Part shown: positions 37,601-48,822 of the stretch, piece after piece
How positions within the stretch are numbered: position 1 is the first letter of the stretch
How the letters are laid out: the number at the start of each line of letters is the position of its first letter
Origin: Ruditapes philippinarum
Lineage: Eukaryota
NCBI RefSeq assembly: GCF_026571515.1
Contig: NW_026865168.1
Span: 186,001 to 250,000 of the forward strand
Length of the DNA: 64,000 bases
Reading direction: 5' to 3'
Translations under genes and position numbers: made by a program
The notes under the pieces: model-generated
What the model saw: only the letters and a program-made list of their open reading frames with translations
What the model was told of the DNA's origin: nothing
Database searches by the model: none

Positions 37601-38854
37601 TGCTATAGTTAATGTTTAAAATGATTCCTTTTGGTTACTAATCAATAATATACATTTAATTTAATTTTCAATTTTTTTATGAAAATAAGCATTAAAAACA
37701 GAAGGCGTACTGCTTTAACTGATAGTCTGTTTTCAAAATTATGAAAAGTTTCTACTTGCGGTATTTCTGTAGGTTTCCTTTAAATTCTATGAGATTAAAA
37801 AATAGTTTTAACAAATTTTATTTTGTTTTATAAGATTTTTTAAAAAAAGTTTTAACAAATTTTAGTTTCCTGTAATGATGACGACATCGGTTTATCGTCT
37901 GCTGCACTTATCGGCATCATAGTTGGTTCAGTCTTTGTTGGTATCATAGCAACTGCTGCCGTGGTGTATGTACGATGTTACAAAGTCACGAAGAATCGGC
38001 GGTAAATATAAATTTGTATATTTTCTTTAATATACTGTAGATAGAATTGATTTTATTTTTTCTCACGTGGACAGACTTAATAAATGTGACAAATGTGTGT
38101 GTCGTGCTGCTGAATGTTGTGCTAAAGGTCGATCCAGCTTCACATACAAGCTCGACACTAACAAAAGGAGACAAAACACGTATGTCAGTCTGGTTGTGCT
38201 GAATATCGAGCCAACTGCACATCCAAGCTCAACATAAAAAATCGTTACATCTTTACATTCCATCTCAACAGTGATAAATCGAATGTCGAGCTGAATGTCG
38301 TGCCAGCATATCCCATCTCGACATTGATAATCGAATGTATAGCTACCTGTTTAATGTTGATTTCTGCGCCAACTTCATAGTCTTATTTAACCGAGGGAAT
38401 CGATTTTCAGAAAAAAATGTTTTTTTTTATTTCACTTTTTTAATATAAAATGGATTTTTTTTACGTACCGAAATGTCTTTTCTAGGTATTTTTATGGAAT
38501 TTTTATTCTTAAAGTATCTGTTTCAAGACTAAGGAAATATGTGTTATAAGTTTTGTTGTCCATCACATTTATTCATCCGGCTTTTATTAGTTCTGTTCGT
38601 TTTATCACTACTGAGTACTAAATTTTCAAGTAAAAATAAAAATTCATAATGGATAAGAATAAGCGCTGCTTTCTGTGCAGTATTTACTGACAAAACATAT
38701 AAATCCATAATTTATAGTGAACATGATCGTTTTAATTTACGTACAACTTGTTTATATTTGAAACAGAACTGTGTCTGTGGGTGATATGAATTCAAGCCAG
38801 ACGTACTTATCAGCGGGCCCAGCTCGAGAAACATGGGGTGGTGACAAACATTAA
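18103..38854 (+). CDS. VWDE-like (von Willebrand factor D and EGF domain) type I membrane protein, 25 coding exons, ~1207 aa
   Basis: Phase-consistent GT-AG exons: 18103-18172, 18642-18791, 19051-19245, 22766-22951, 23237-23254, 24149-24355, 24653-24868, 26005-26146, 26654-26756, 27501-27572, 28156-28371, 28778-28924, 29680-29697, 30126-30208, 30947-31010, 31652-31837, 32587-32807, 33189-33402, 33822-33971, 34363-34537, 35266-35453, 36282-36548, 37130-37241, 37866-38001, 38767-38854 (3624 nt incl. stop). Signal peptide, S/T-rich stretch, two Cys modules, VWD motifs (CYSHADPHVRTADG; GLCGYFDGDRNNDF; FIKSWR), KRKRR, EGF (CTNNCSGHGVC..GLCSCEDVFRGPDC), TM helix AALIGIIVGSVFVGIIATAAVVYV, short tail. 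Confidence 0.88.
19466..22188. mobile_element. Non-autonomous DNA element with long imperfect inverted ends, in intron 3 of the VWDE-like gene
   Basis: GAAGTTAGCCAGACAGTCGGAACAGCC vs GGCTGTTCCGACTGTCTGGTTTTACTTC; internal inverted matches 20520-20700 vs 21570-21910. No TSD recognised; superfamily unassigned. Confidence 0.7.
19647..20448. mobile_element. Mutator-like MITE with 9-bp TSD, nested in the previous element
   Basis: ATTCCGGCT at 19638-19646 and 20449-20457; TIR core GACATAATCCCCTTCGGACAAAATCCCC; repeated subterminal GGACA(A/T)AATCCCC motifs on both arms. 9-bp TSDs are typical of MULEs. Confidence 0.88.
22382..22730. mobile_element. MITE-like repeat with ~40-bp imperfect TIRs
   Basis: TTCTTTCTCTTTTGTATCATAATCAAAAATAAAAACA vs TGTTTTTATTTTTGACTATGGTACAAAAGAAAAAGAA; second partial copy at 770-1070. 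Confidence 0.65.
23450..23551. repeat. Near-perfect hairpin, ~48-bp arms
   Basis: ACAGGATTATCTACAGTTTGCACCGGTACTAGAAAAACCTGTCTTACA / TGTAAGACAGGTTTTTCTAGCACCGGTGCAAACGGTAGATAATCCTGT. Confidence 0.9.
23731..23865. repeat. Imperfect hairpin element
   Basis: GTACAGACGGGAATATCTAGCTCTCGGGTAACTGTTT ... AAACAGTTACCCTCGAGGTAGATATTCCGGTCTGTAC, with outer TAAGAAT/ATTCTTA arms. Confidence 0.8.
27088..27285 (+). mobile_element. tRNA-derived CORE-type SINE
   Basis: A-box TGGCGGAGTGG, B-box GAGTTCAAACC, CORE-like TTTGAGCAAGAAACTTCACACTCATTGCT, 3' GGTTGGTTCCAGGAACGGATTCGA...CACAATCGAACTACAATAAA. Confidence 0.75.
28555..28608. repeat. (TA)n microsatellite
   Basis: Read directly. Confidence 0.95.
28873..29420 (+). 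repeat. Degenerate ~70-bp tandem array copied from the exon 12 3' end and donor site
   Basis: Recurring CATGGAGGTG...CTGACAGAAGT...ACTGAGGTAAGA...AATTGTT units; the first unit is coding. Confidence 0.75.
34151..34405 (+). repeat. 75-bp tandem triplication spanning the exon 20 acceptor
   Basis: CATGGTAACAGTACAG begins at 34213, 34288 and 34363, each preceded by ATTACTTATTTAACATTA(G/T)AG. Confidence 0.9.
35858..35973. repeat. Hairpin inverted repeat
   Basis: ATATGTTAGTGTTCATCC..GCTGTTCTACAGAAATTAGAAAC / GTTTCTAATTTCTGTAGAACAGC..GGATGAACACTAACATAT. Confidence 0.85.
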
Positions 38855-39423
38855 AATATGAAAGAAAACGGATATGTCGTACAACGTTAGTGAATGGAAA
38901 TAATAATGCTGCTCTTTCTTACTTTTTGTGCGTGCGAGTGTCATAATTATATACTGCGACTTTTTTTAAACTTATACGTTTTGTATTATGAACATTTTCA
39001 ATATTCAGATTTATAATATATTTGATCACAGAGATTTTTAAAGTAAAAGTGATGAATGATGCATGTTGATGTTGTTGTTGATGTTTTTGTTGTTGTTTGT
39101 TTTGTTTTGTTGTGTTTTGGTATTGTTGTTGTGTTGTTGTTTTTTTGTTTCAATAATAATATTTTTTTGTAAAATTGAAAAAAAAATCATTTGTTGAATA
39201 TTCTCGTACATATTGTATTATATAAAGTACTCAAATTCTTGTTTACAGGCGTGGATTCAGGTTGATGGTGCTGATTCAGGGTGGGTGTGCGGATTTAGAC
39301 TGGAGGCGACCATAAAATTTACAGTTTAACCCATAATAATGTAGCTGTTGTTTTAATAATGCCCATGTTTAATGTAAATTATAGAAAATCTTTAAATTGC
39401 AACAAAAACAATCCTGGAATGCA

Positions 39424-40095
39424 TCACTTACCCTCCCGTTCCTACCCGTCTCTCCACTCCGAGCTTGTCTGCTCGTGCCGTCCTGATTCCGCTCTGGATC
39501 TCACTTACTCTCCCGTTCCTACCCGCCTCTCCACTCCGAGCTTGTCTGCTCGTGCCGTCCTGATTCCGCTCTGGATCTCACTTACTCTCCCGTTCCTACC
39601 CGCCTCTCCACTCCGAGCTTCTCTTCTCGTGCCGTCCTGATTCCGCCCTTGATCTCACTTACTCTCCCGTTCCTACCCGCCTCTCCACTCCGAGCTTCTC
39701 TGTTCGTGCCGTTTTGATTCCGCCCTGGATCTCACTTACTCTCCCGTTCCTACCCGCCTCTCCACTCCGAGCTTCTCTGCTCGTGCCATCCTGATTCCGC
39801 CCTGGATCTCACTTAATCTTCCGTTCCTTCCCGCCTCTCTACTCTGAGCTTCTCTGCTTGTGCCATTCTGATTCCGCCCTGGATCTCACTTACTCTCCCG
39901 TTCCTACCCGCCTATCCACTCCGAGCTTCTCTACTTGTGCCATCCTGATTCCGCCCTGGAACTCACTTACTCTCCTGTACCTACCCGCCTCTCCACTCCG
40001 AGCTTCTCTGCTCGTGCCGTCCATGATTCCGCCCTGGAGCTCACTTACTACCCCGTTCCTACCCGCCTCTCCACTCCGAGCTTCTCTGCCCTGGA
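39424..40095. repeat. Pyrimidine-rich minisatellite, 77-bp unit, ~8.5 copies
   Basis: TCCCGTTCCTACCCG at 39434, 39511, 39588 and onward at 77-bp steps. Confidence 0.95.
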
Positions 40096-42094
40096 CCAAA
40101 CCAAAGAAAATTACTAACTGTCAAAATACTTGTACGGTGCTGTCCAAGAAAATTTTAGTATATTATACAGTGGAAGGGAGATCATCCGTACAATAAGGTG
40201 CATATGATATGCATAAGTTATTTCATCTAAGAGGCACAGGACGCCAAACTGCTTTTTGTTAAGTTCGGTTGAGTACAACTATCATTACGTTTGGCCGAAT
40301 GTGTACATGGTCCAGTTTTCATTTTGTAGAGTCAAGTTGGGCCTAGGCTCAGTAAAATTAACAGTGTGTTGTGTCGAATTGGCATTAAACTGAGTTGACG
40401 TTATGTTAATTAAGTCAAGTTGACAGTTTGATGAGTAAACGTGTTATAAGTTGAAGTCAAAAATTACAAAAGGTTGAGTCTCGTTGATTTTAAGCCAAGT
40501 CTGCATGACATTACGTTGAGTCAATTACATATTATGTTCGGTAAAACTAGCATTTATGTTAAGCCAATATCACACAGGGCTTCCATTAGTGGAAGTTTGG
40601 GAATCATTTAGTCCTGATTTGTGCTTGTGACATCCAAAATATAATAATGTTCCTACCTTACCTATATAATATGACTTCCAATGTCAGATATTTTCAGTCC
40701 CTGGCTTCCAAATTTTGAAACTTGATGGAAGCCCTTATCACATTATGTTTGGTTAAGAATGCATTTTATTATATTTATTGAATATAATGATGCCTTGAGT
40801 CAGTTTGACATACGGGTCAAACTATCATAATGTTCAGTCAATGTTACACCATTATGTTTAAACATTTTGATATTGCATTGAGTCAACTAGGCATTATATT
40901 TGGTCGAACTGGCATCTTATTAATAATTTAAACAAATATATGTACTGTACATGTCTGTACATATACAAAATAAAATTATTTATTTTTAATTATGATTGAT
41001 GAAGACTTTCTAAATGTTGGAATATGCATAAGCCCACTGAAAGTTATAGGACTAATAATGTTCTTCTAACTGGATTTATTTTTGCATCCTTGACAGTGGA
41101 TAAATGTCTTAGAATTCTTAACCATAATGGATAAATGTCTGATTGACTTAGTTAACTATATGTAGTGGATGAATGTCTTATAAAATTCTTAACCATAATG
41201 AATAAATATCTAATAGACTTAATTGGGTAAATGTCTTATAGAATTCATAACCATAGCGGACATTGTCGCCATAATGGATAAATGTCTTATAAGCCTATCA
41301 ACCATTATTGTGGATAAACGTTGAGAAATGAATGGCCGAACATTATTTTTTAAATGAACAACTTTTTTTAACATTTTGTCCGACTATAAAATTCGTTAAT
41401 TTTCCAAAGGTTTAATCTTTGTGTAGTAATGTTACTCATTCACAATGAAAAGCCAACTATAAGATATATTTAAGTTTGTGATTGTGCAATACACTTTCAT
41501 TTAAATGCGAGGAAAACTTCAAGAGATAAAAAAAAACATTTCAAAACACACTAAATTTTATATTCATTTTTATTCAATTTAATCCTTTTATATATGCAGA
41601 AAAAACAAATTATGAACAAAATTGTCGAACGTGACGTCATTTTATATTAGAGCTCATTGTGGAGATAAGCAAAAGCTGTCGGTAGGCCAGTGTAATTGAC
41701 TGTTCGATAATAAGAGTCTGGATAATATAGAATTTTATAAGGACATAATGGGGCATGATTCAGTCAAAATCTACGTTAGAGTTATGGGCCTTGTACAGTG
41801 AGCAGCTGTTGTACCCCGAAATAGTGTGTGAAGTTGTAACCCCGTTTTCCCTTCGTTAGTTTAAGAGATACATGTACCAACTATAAAAAACTTAAACAGA
41901 GTGTGACGACGGCATCGGGGTGAGTACAAAAACTTTCCCTATTCTTTGAATAGTAGAGCTAAAAATAAGAAAGTAGAAAATGAAGCTAGGACATTACATA
42001 AAATACCAATAATCTCCATCATATTAAAATCTTCGTAACGGGAAAATGAGTTATTCGCTATAAGAAACTCACATATTTCAAGAAAAAAATCATA

Positions 42095-42980
42095 TTCTAA
42101 CACTGTCGGATTTTTTACTATATAAACAAAGAAGGCCCGAAGCGTGCATCATTCTACAACAATGCACTCGCCGTTCTTATTACCTCCCTGTGTATTTTCA
42201 CATTGAGGTCGCCATTTTGTTTAAAAAATCTGATAAATAAAAACTTTTTTTGTCGAATTTTGTTGTGAAGACTATCTGGAATGAAAGAAAATGGTCTAAC
42301 TAAGAAAATGAATCCGAACACCAAAATCTTTAATTCAGTCGTTAACGCTGTACAGACGTTTAAAGTGTTGTTTACGTGACGTCACAATGTAGCACGTGCA
42401 AAACAATCAAATCAAGTACGCTATTTTGGTTTAAACATATTTATTTTTTCATCAAGTTACAATATTCACATCAAACAAAAATTTATACAAAATCATGATA
42501 AAGTGGATTGAACTGGAAACGAGTTAAGTTTTACATTTATTTCACTTTTAATATGTTGTATTTCGCTTGAAAAATTATAGAGTGATATAAAATAAACAAA
42601 CAAAATTTTACCAACGTTTTCAAAATTCGTTATTCTCAAAATGTTTCTACACACGATAGATTTAACGACAGTTTTTTTTAACCCACTGGAACAGCCTTTA
42701 AAGAACGTTTCTATGGGAAACTCTCAGGCGAAAACAAATTTAACCACCAAACATAAAGTCCATCTTTATAATAATAATTATATTTTTTCTTGACGTGTTA
42801 GAATGGAAATAGATATTAATTCTTCGTGCATTATTGTATAATAATGCACGTTTTTCGTTCAAATGCTTTGTAATTAATCACTCAGGCCTATCGGCCTTCG
42901 TGATTATATTACTACGCATTTGAACTCAAACCGTGCATTATTCAACAACAATGCACTCAGAATTGATATCTATTTTCTAA
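42095..42980. mobile_element. ~0.9-kb hairpin-bearing insertion (possibly Crypton-like) present only downstream of paralog A
   Basis: Its flanks (ATATTTCAAGAAA.. and TATTTGTACATTCGCCACG) are nearly adjacent in the paralogous block at 52593-52650. Hairpin at 42807-42975; internal direct repeat CAACAATGCACTC. The Crypton label is inference. Confidence 0.65.
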
Positions 42981-43071
42981 ATATATTTTTGAAATATTTG
43001 TACATTCGCCACGCTTGTTGTTAATGTTAAACACAATGTCCGGATTTTTTTTTTTGTATTTGTAATAACTG

Positions 43072-46000
43072 TTATATTATGAAATATAAAAATATTGCCC
43101 GAAACAACAACATAAAGTATATTTTAGGAAATAGTCGTCCACTTCCAGAACATCTGTCGTTTGCTGTTTGTCTATAGGATGTGTACCTAAACGATAAAAA
43201 TACATGAAATGAGATTGCGTTATACATGTATATTTATAACATAATCATCCGCAGTTTTGCACATAAATGTTTTGTCGTGTACTTTCCAATAGTGTTCAGG
43301 TAAATTAAAATAAAATATTATCTTAAATATAAGAATGTTTAAACATATACTAGTACGTGTGACTTTATTTCTGCCATATCTTATCTATGAACATACTTCA
43401 CTTCATCACTTGATCTGGCCTCGGTGTTACGAGATGCTATGTCGTGGCCACGAGTTACTGAGTCTTGCCCACGAGATAATTAAGTGTTGCTTACGAGATA
43501 CTATGCCGTAGCTACGAGATACTAATTCGTGGGAACGAGATAATTAAGTCGTGTGCACGAGATAATTAACCAGTCAGATTCTGAGTTTGAGAGAAAATTT
43601 CTTTAAATCCTTCGGCACTGGTCATTGCAATATATTTATTCAATTTTGATAGAAGAACATTGGTGAAACGGGAATAAAAATGTATGGCTTATCCCATATT
43701 GTGTTCAACAGAATTTACCAAAATGATATATCAGAACAGAACAGAACAGAACAGAGTTTATTTCATAACTTGTACACACATAGGTACATCGTTATTACAA
43801 ACATTTTTAAATATAATTATAGGTCACATATTTTACAATTACACATAAAGAAAAAAACAAATCAATACAATACTGAGCAATGGGATATTTAATACATACA
43901 ATGGGATACATTACATACACTGACAAAACTCCATTAATCAATTATATATCCATTTCTTGAAATTACTTCTGTAAATAAATAATGAAGAGTACTAAATTTA
44001 AGCGGAGAACAAACTATAACTTCGCTTTTAATCGAATTTGTTTGATAAATTATTTATATAATAATATACTGAAAAAACATCAAGGTATATATAATCAAAA
44101 CTGCATCATAATACTATTGAAAATTTCTTAAGTAATCATTTCGTTTGATGTTTGCCTTTTTTAAATAATAACATAAGTTTGTAAGTACTTTATGACTTTT
44201 AGATTGTAGTAGTTCTATAAATTTGGCCATACTAGGCCTAATGTAAAAATATCGCTTAATATATTGACTACGTAGATTTTCATAAGCACTGCATTTTAAA
44301 ACAAAATGATATTCGTCTTCGAGTTCGTTAGTATCACAGAATTGACAAGTTCTTTCGTGGCGTTCTTCACGGCCTCGACCATACCTTCCGGACTCAATTC
44401 TAAGTCTGTGGAGGGACACTCGAAGGCGTGTAAGAGAGCTTCTTAAAGATTTACAATTAATCATATCTAAATATAATTCATAACAGAACTGATCTTTTAC
44501 ATATGAATATAGATGACTGAGCACACCATTACTAGATACATCTGCACGCCATTCCTGTAAATAACAATCGATAAGTCTTTGTTTAAAAACAGGTAAGAAC
44601 TGTTTTAACAATACACTATCGGGAAAATTCCATATTTCGGCAAAACCAAGTACCGCAAGCAGTTTTTTAATTTTTCATGGCCAGTTATTTGTGCCATTTT
44701 CACATTTGTCACGGGCATTTTTCGTAAATGCATTTTAATATAATGTTATCCGTATTCAGCTAATTTAAACCAATACTTTATTATATGTGTGTACCTAATG
44801 ATAAATAACGGATACCTCCTAATTCCCCGTAGACCGATACGTTACTTGTACTTAATTTAACGCCAAAATCGTTTTACAGTATTGAGATGTAAACGTTCTA
44901 ACTCTTGGACTTAGTGAAGCCCCAAAACCGGCAGGCATAGTTTAAGATAGATCCCACAAAAGCATCAAACAATTGAAGCGATATCGAAGGGCTAAGTTCA
45001 TATTGTTTTATATTATTTAGCAGTATATTTGAGGCTTTAAGGCCTTTACGACTATGTACTGGTTATTTAATACGGAATGAGCCGGTAATAATTAAACACC
45101 ACCCCTAGGTAGTTGAAGTCATTAACTATTTCGTAGAGGCACATTATTGAAATGCCAGCGCCTCATTACATTTTAGCCCACCCCTACGACGAAACACCAC
45201 TATCTTTGGTCTTAGATGTGTTGACTTGTAGGCCCCAGTACTGGCAGTACTCGTATAATTTGTCTAAACTGGCCTGCAAAATCTTCAACAGAATGGCCAA
45301 TAATTGCCATATCATCGGCGAATAGCAGTATGATAAGGCACATATCATAAATAGATAAACCTGATTTAATGGATCCTTGCAGGAAAAGTTCCAAGTCTTC
45401 AAGAAAAAGAGCAAACATGACTGGCGAATTATTTAGGCCTTGCCTCAATACAATGGAAACATTGAAAAAGTCAGAATAGGAATCAGAATGTTTAACACAA
45501 GACTTAACTATATTATACATAGATCTAAACATTTTTAAAAGTTTTCCATCCAACCCAAGATAATACAATTTAAACCACAGTGCCTGTCGATAAACGGAGT
45601 CAAAAGCCTTTTGTAGATCTACAAATGCACATGGCAAACGTGACCCTTGCGAAATAACATGTTCTATGAGGTTATGTAATGTTATGTAATGCAAATATAG
45701 CATCTACAGTGCTGTGACCCTTTCTGAAACCGAACTGGGCGTCAGATAGAATATTATATCAATGATTACGTTGTGGCAATGTGATTAAAATCAGCTCTAA
45801 ATAACGCTCCGCTACATAAAAGAAATAAGTAGATATGAACAAAGTCTGATTGGACGCAGGTGTCAAATCCGAGCACTGAGATCGAACGCCACAATGATTT
45901 ATTGCTTCGAATAATTACATGTATACTTCATACCGGAGATGGCATCAGTGATACTCGTTCAGTTGACATTAAATAGCAATACATATATCATAAACTTACC

Positions 46001-48755
46001 ATGTACCCGATTGACCGTTGTCACACTTATGAGAAACCGTGTTTAAAAAGTTTTGCCAATGTGTTAGAGACGTCCCTGAACACGCTCCATTTATCAATGT
46101 GTCTAATGTCCCTTTAAGGGTCAGCCATTCCCTGAAAAATATGTTAAATTTGGATTATATTAAAGCTACATGCCACCAGATTAGTTACTGTTTATAATAT
46201 ATTTATTTGTATACATACGCATGCAGAACTGATATATTAAAGTAATAAAGGTAAGACAATTATTGGATTTTTTTTTGGAGAAAATGAGTTTTGTATTCTT
46301 ATACCGGAAGTATGTGATACAATATGGCTGACTGAAATTACCAGGTGCTATTCTCGGATGACATCAAACTGTTATAAGTTCAAAGGTATATTATGCCTAT
46401 GATATGAACATTTTTGTTCTCTTGTATAAACATTTAATTTATAATGTTGTAACAATAGATTAAGAACATGTAAGACTCTTAACATCTGATGAAAATAACG
46501 TTGAATGTGAAGTAAGATAGGATGCAAAAAGTAAACGTAAACTGAAAGTAAAGTGGTATTTTGCTCCCATACAAAATACTGAATCACCATAAGTGTACTA
46601 ATTTCCGAAATGCAAAAGAAGCAAAGGGATAATTGCCAATGCGTAAACTTTTGACAAGTGAAATAGGACAATAGGAATATATAAAAGGAATATTAAAAGC
46701 TTTCGAAGAATAAAAATAACAGCGTTTTCAGGCTAAATTGGCCTCAAGTAAAGAAAGGCTCTTAAATTTGATTTCTTCAAAATAATGACATCACAGTGGA
46801 ATGCTTTACAAAAACGATCTTCAATAGGAAACATAAAAAACGGTTGCAAGAGGACAAGTTACCATGACAACTTACGAGCAGATCACTGTTGTGTTCTCAG
46901 TGCTAGTTGCATAGGAACTTTCAAGTGACGTCTGGAACGTACTTATAGCGTTCAAGGCGTCCTGGTTCACAACTGAGTAACCACAAGTTAAAGCGTCCGT
47001 GACCTCTGTAAAATATTCAAACACATACAAAATTAACATAATTAATAGATGCACAAGTTTACTTTTTTGTGTTCATTAATAAATATCCCTTCATCGAATA
47101 AAAGTTCTAATACAACGATCAAAAAATATTTTGCAGTTTATATGTTCGTAGCTATAATACAACTGTAGCTGGTCAGTGCATGCAAACTCAACTAAGAATA
47201 TTATAATAAATAGTATATAAAATAATTACCAGACTCGATCTGGTCACACAGTCCTAGATATGCGGCCGTCAATGCGTCACCGTTACCAATATGAACAGTA
47301 TGATCATGCGACATACATGGTTCCGCTACAAGTTCCATACAGTACGTTAGGCACGTAGTGTTACTGAAAATATAATTAAGAAATAAAAATATAAACGTAT
47401 ATATGAAATATATATAAGCGGAATCCCTAAAATAGAGAAAATAAGAATCCCTAAAGAAAGCCCAAAACGACAAACTTTAAAATGTTGCAGGCTCGGTTTG
47501 ATTAAGCCAGTTCACAGAAATAAAAACGAAAATTCACGGCACTAAAAATTGCAAGTTACCGTTCACGCTCCCTAGCACCGGTTTTAAGCAGAATTCAACA
47601 TCTAAGATTGATAACTTTGAAATTTTTAATTAAGAAACATCCGCTAACTATTAGAAAAGACAGAACTGTACAACCCACCGCACATGCTGAAACTTCACAA
47701 AAATATAAAGCATTGTTTCCAATGTAAAATGCACAGCAGGCGTATGGCGTGTTGATTGGTCACTACACCCCCACCCATCCTCTCTACCCACTCTACAACC
47801 CTCTTACCGCTCCAAAGCCATGTAAACTGCAGTATTTTTTTCATTTGAAATATGCTATTTGATATTTGCTTTAATTTTGTTCATTTAAAAAAAACATCCA
47901 AAAAAAGAAGAAAAAAAAGATATTCGTGTACTTATTTTTACTATAATATTATGTATAATATGTATCGTTTTTAATTATTTTTGCAGTAAAATAACGCATA
48001 CTTACAAACAAAGATTCCTGTAGTTGTCAGCCGAGACAATTGGGAACATGTAGTACGACAACATTTGATTGTTCATTAAACATTGGTCAAGGTCATCTTT
48101 CACAGACTCTGGTGTACACGCACTGTTTACGCATGTGCAAAAACAAAGAACTGAAAATAAATTCAAATGATATACGAACATATATAATTATAAGGTCAAG
48201 TATCCAATATATGACAGAGGTCAAAAAGCATAAAAAGATAAAATTAGAAAAATTTCTATAGATCAAAGGAACAACTTTTAATGGAAATTCTGCAAAAAGT
48301 CATAAGGAAAAATACTCTGAATTGAATTGAATATCGATTTTTTTGTGCGATTCTTAGTCTGACTTGAGCAAAAAGTGTTGCAACGCTTTTCATATTTTGT
48401 GATCGATTTGCACAATTAAATCATTATAAATATTTGGTGTCCTGCAATAGTTTCCAAAATGATACTAATTGGCCACTGGCCCGTTACCGGAACCATCGTT
48501 GGTGTCAATGACATTTTGGCAATTAGTACAGCTAAAGTGTTTTATTATTTTGTATGGAAGTCAAAATACTACTTTGTTTACATTCTGCTACTTTTATGAC
48601 AAATAATTTCACATTCAGCGTTACATATTCTTCATGTTATAAGCATCTTACATACATGAAATTAAAATTGATGATTTATGAGAAATAAAACAGAATAAAA
48701 AGAAATAAATATATAACATACCTGTATAAACCGTGTATAATAGAGTGTTTGACAT
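43072..48755 (-). CDS. Cys-rich, probably GPI-anchored surface protein, paralog A (229 aa, 6 exons)
   Basis: Exons 48755-48722, 48150-48006, 47363-47230, 47005-46876, 46131-46000, 43186-43072; phases consistent (690 nt). Signal peptide MSNTLLYTVYTVLCFCTCVNSA; C-terminus RCSGSGRLFPKIYFMLLFRAIFLYFII*. Exon structure conserved in paralog B. Confidence 0.85.
43732..45755 (-). mobile_element. 5'-truncated, frameshifted non-LTR retrotransposon (LINE ORF2 RT + C-terminal zinc knuckle) in intron 5 of paralog A
   Basis: RT motifs QFGFRKG, FVDLQKAFDSV, LRQG, LLFADD, WGLQVNTSKTK; C-terminal RLRVSLHRLRIESGRY..CQFC..EDEYHFVLKC; AATAAA plus (TTCTG)n tail; candidate TSD TATATCA (43727-43733, 45755-45761); absent from paralog B. 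Clade not resolved. Confidence 0.92.
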
Positions 48756-48783
48756 TGGTATTTTGATTCCAAATGTTTGTTTT

Positions 48784-48822
<39 letters not shown>

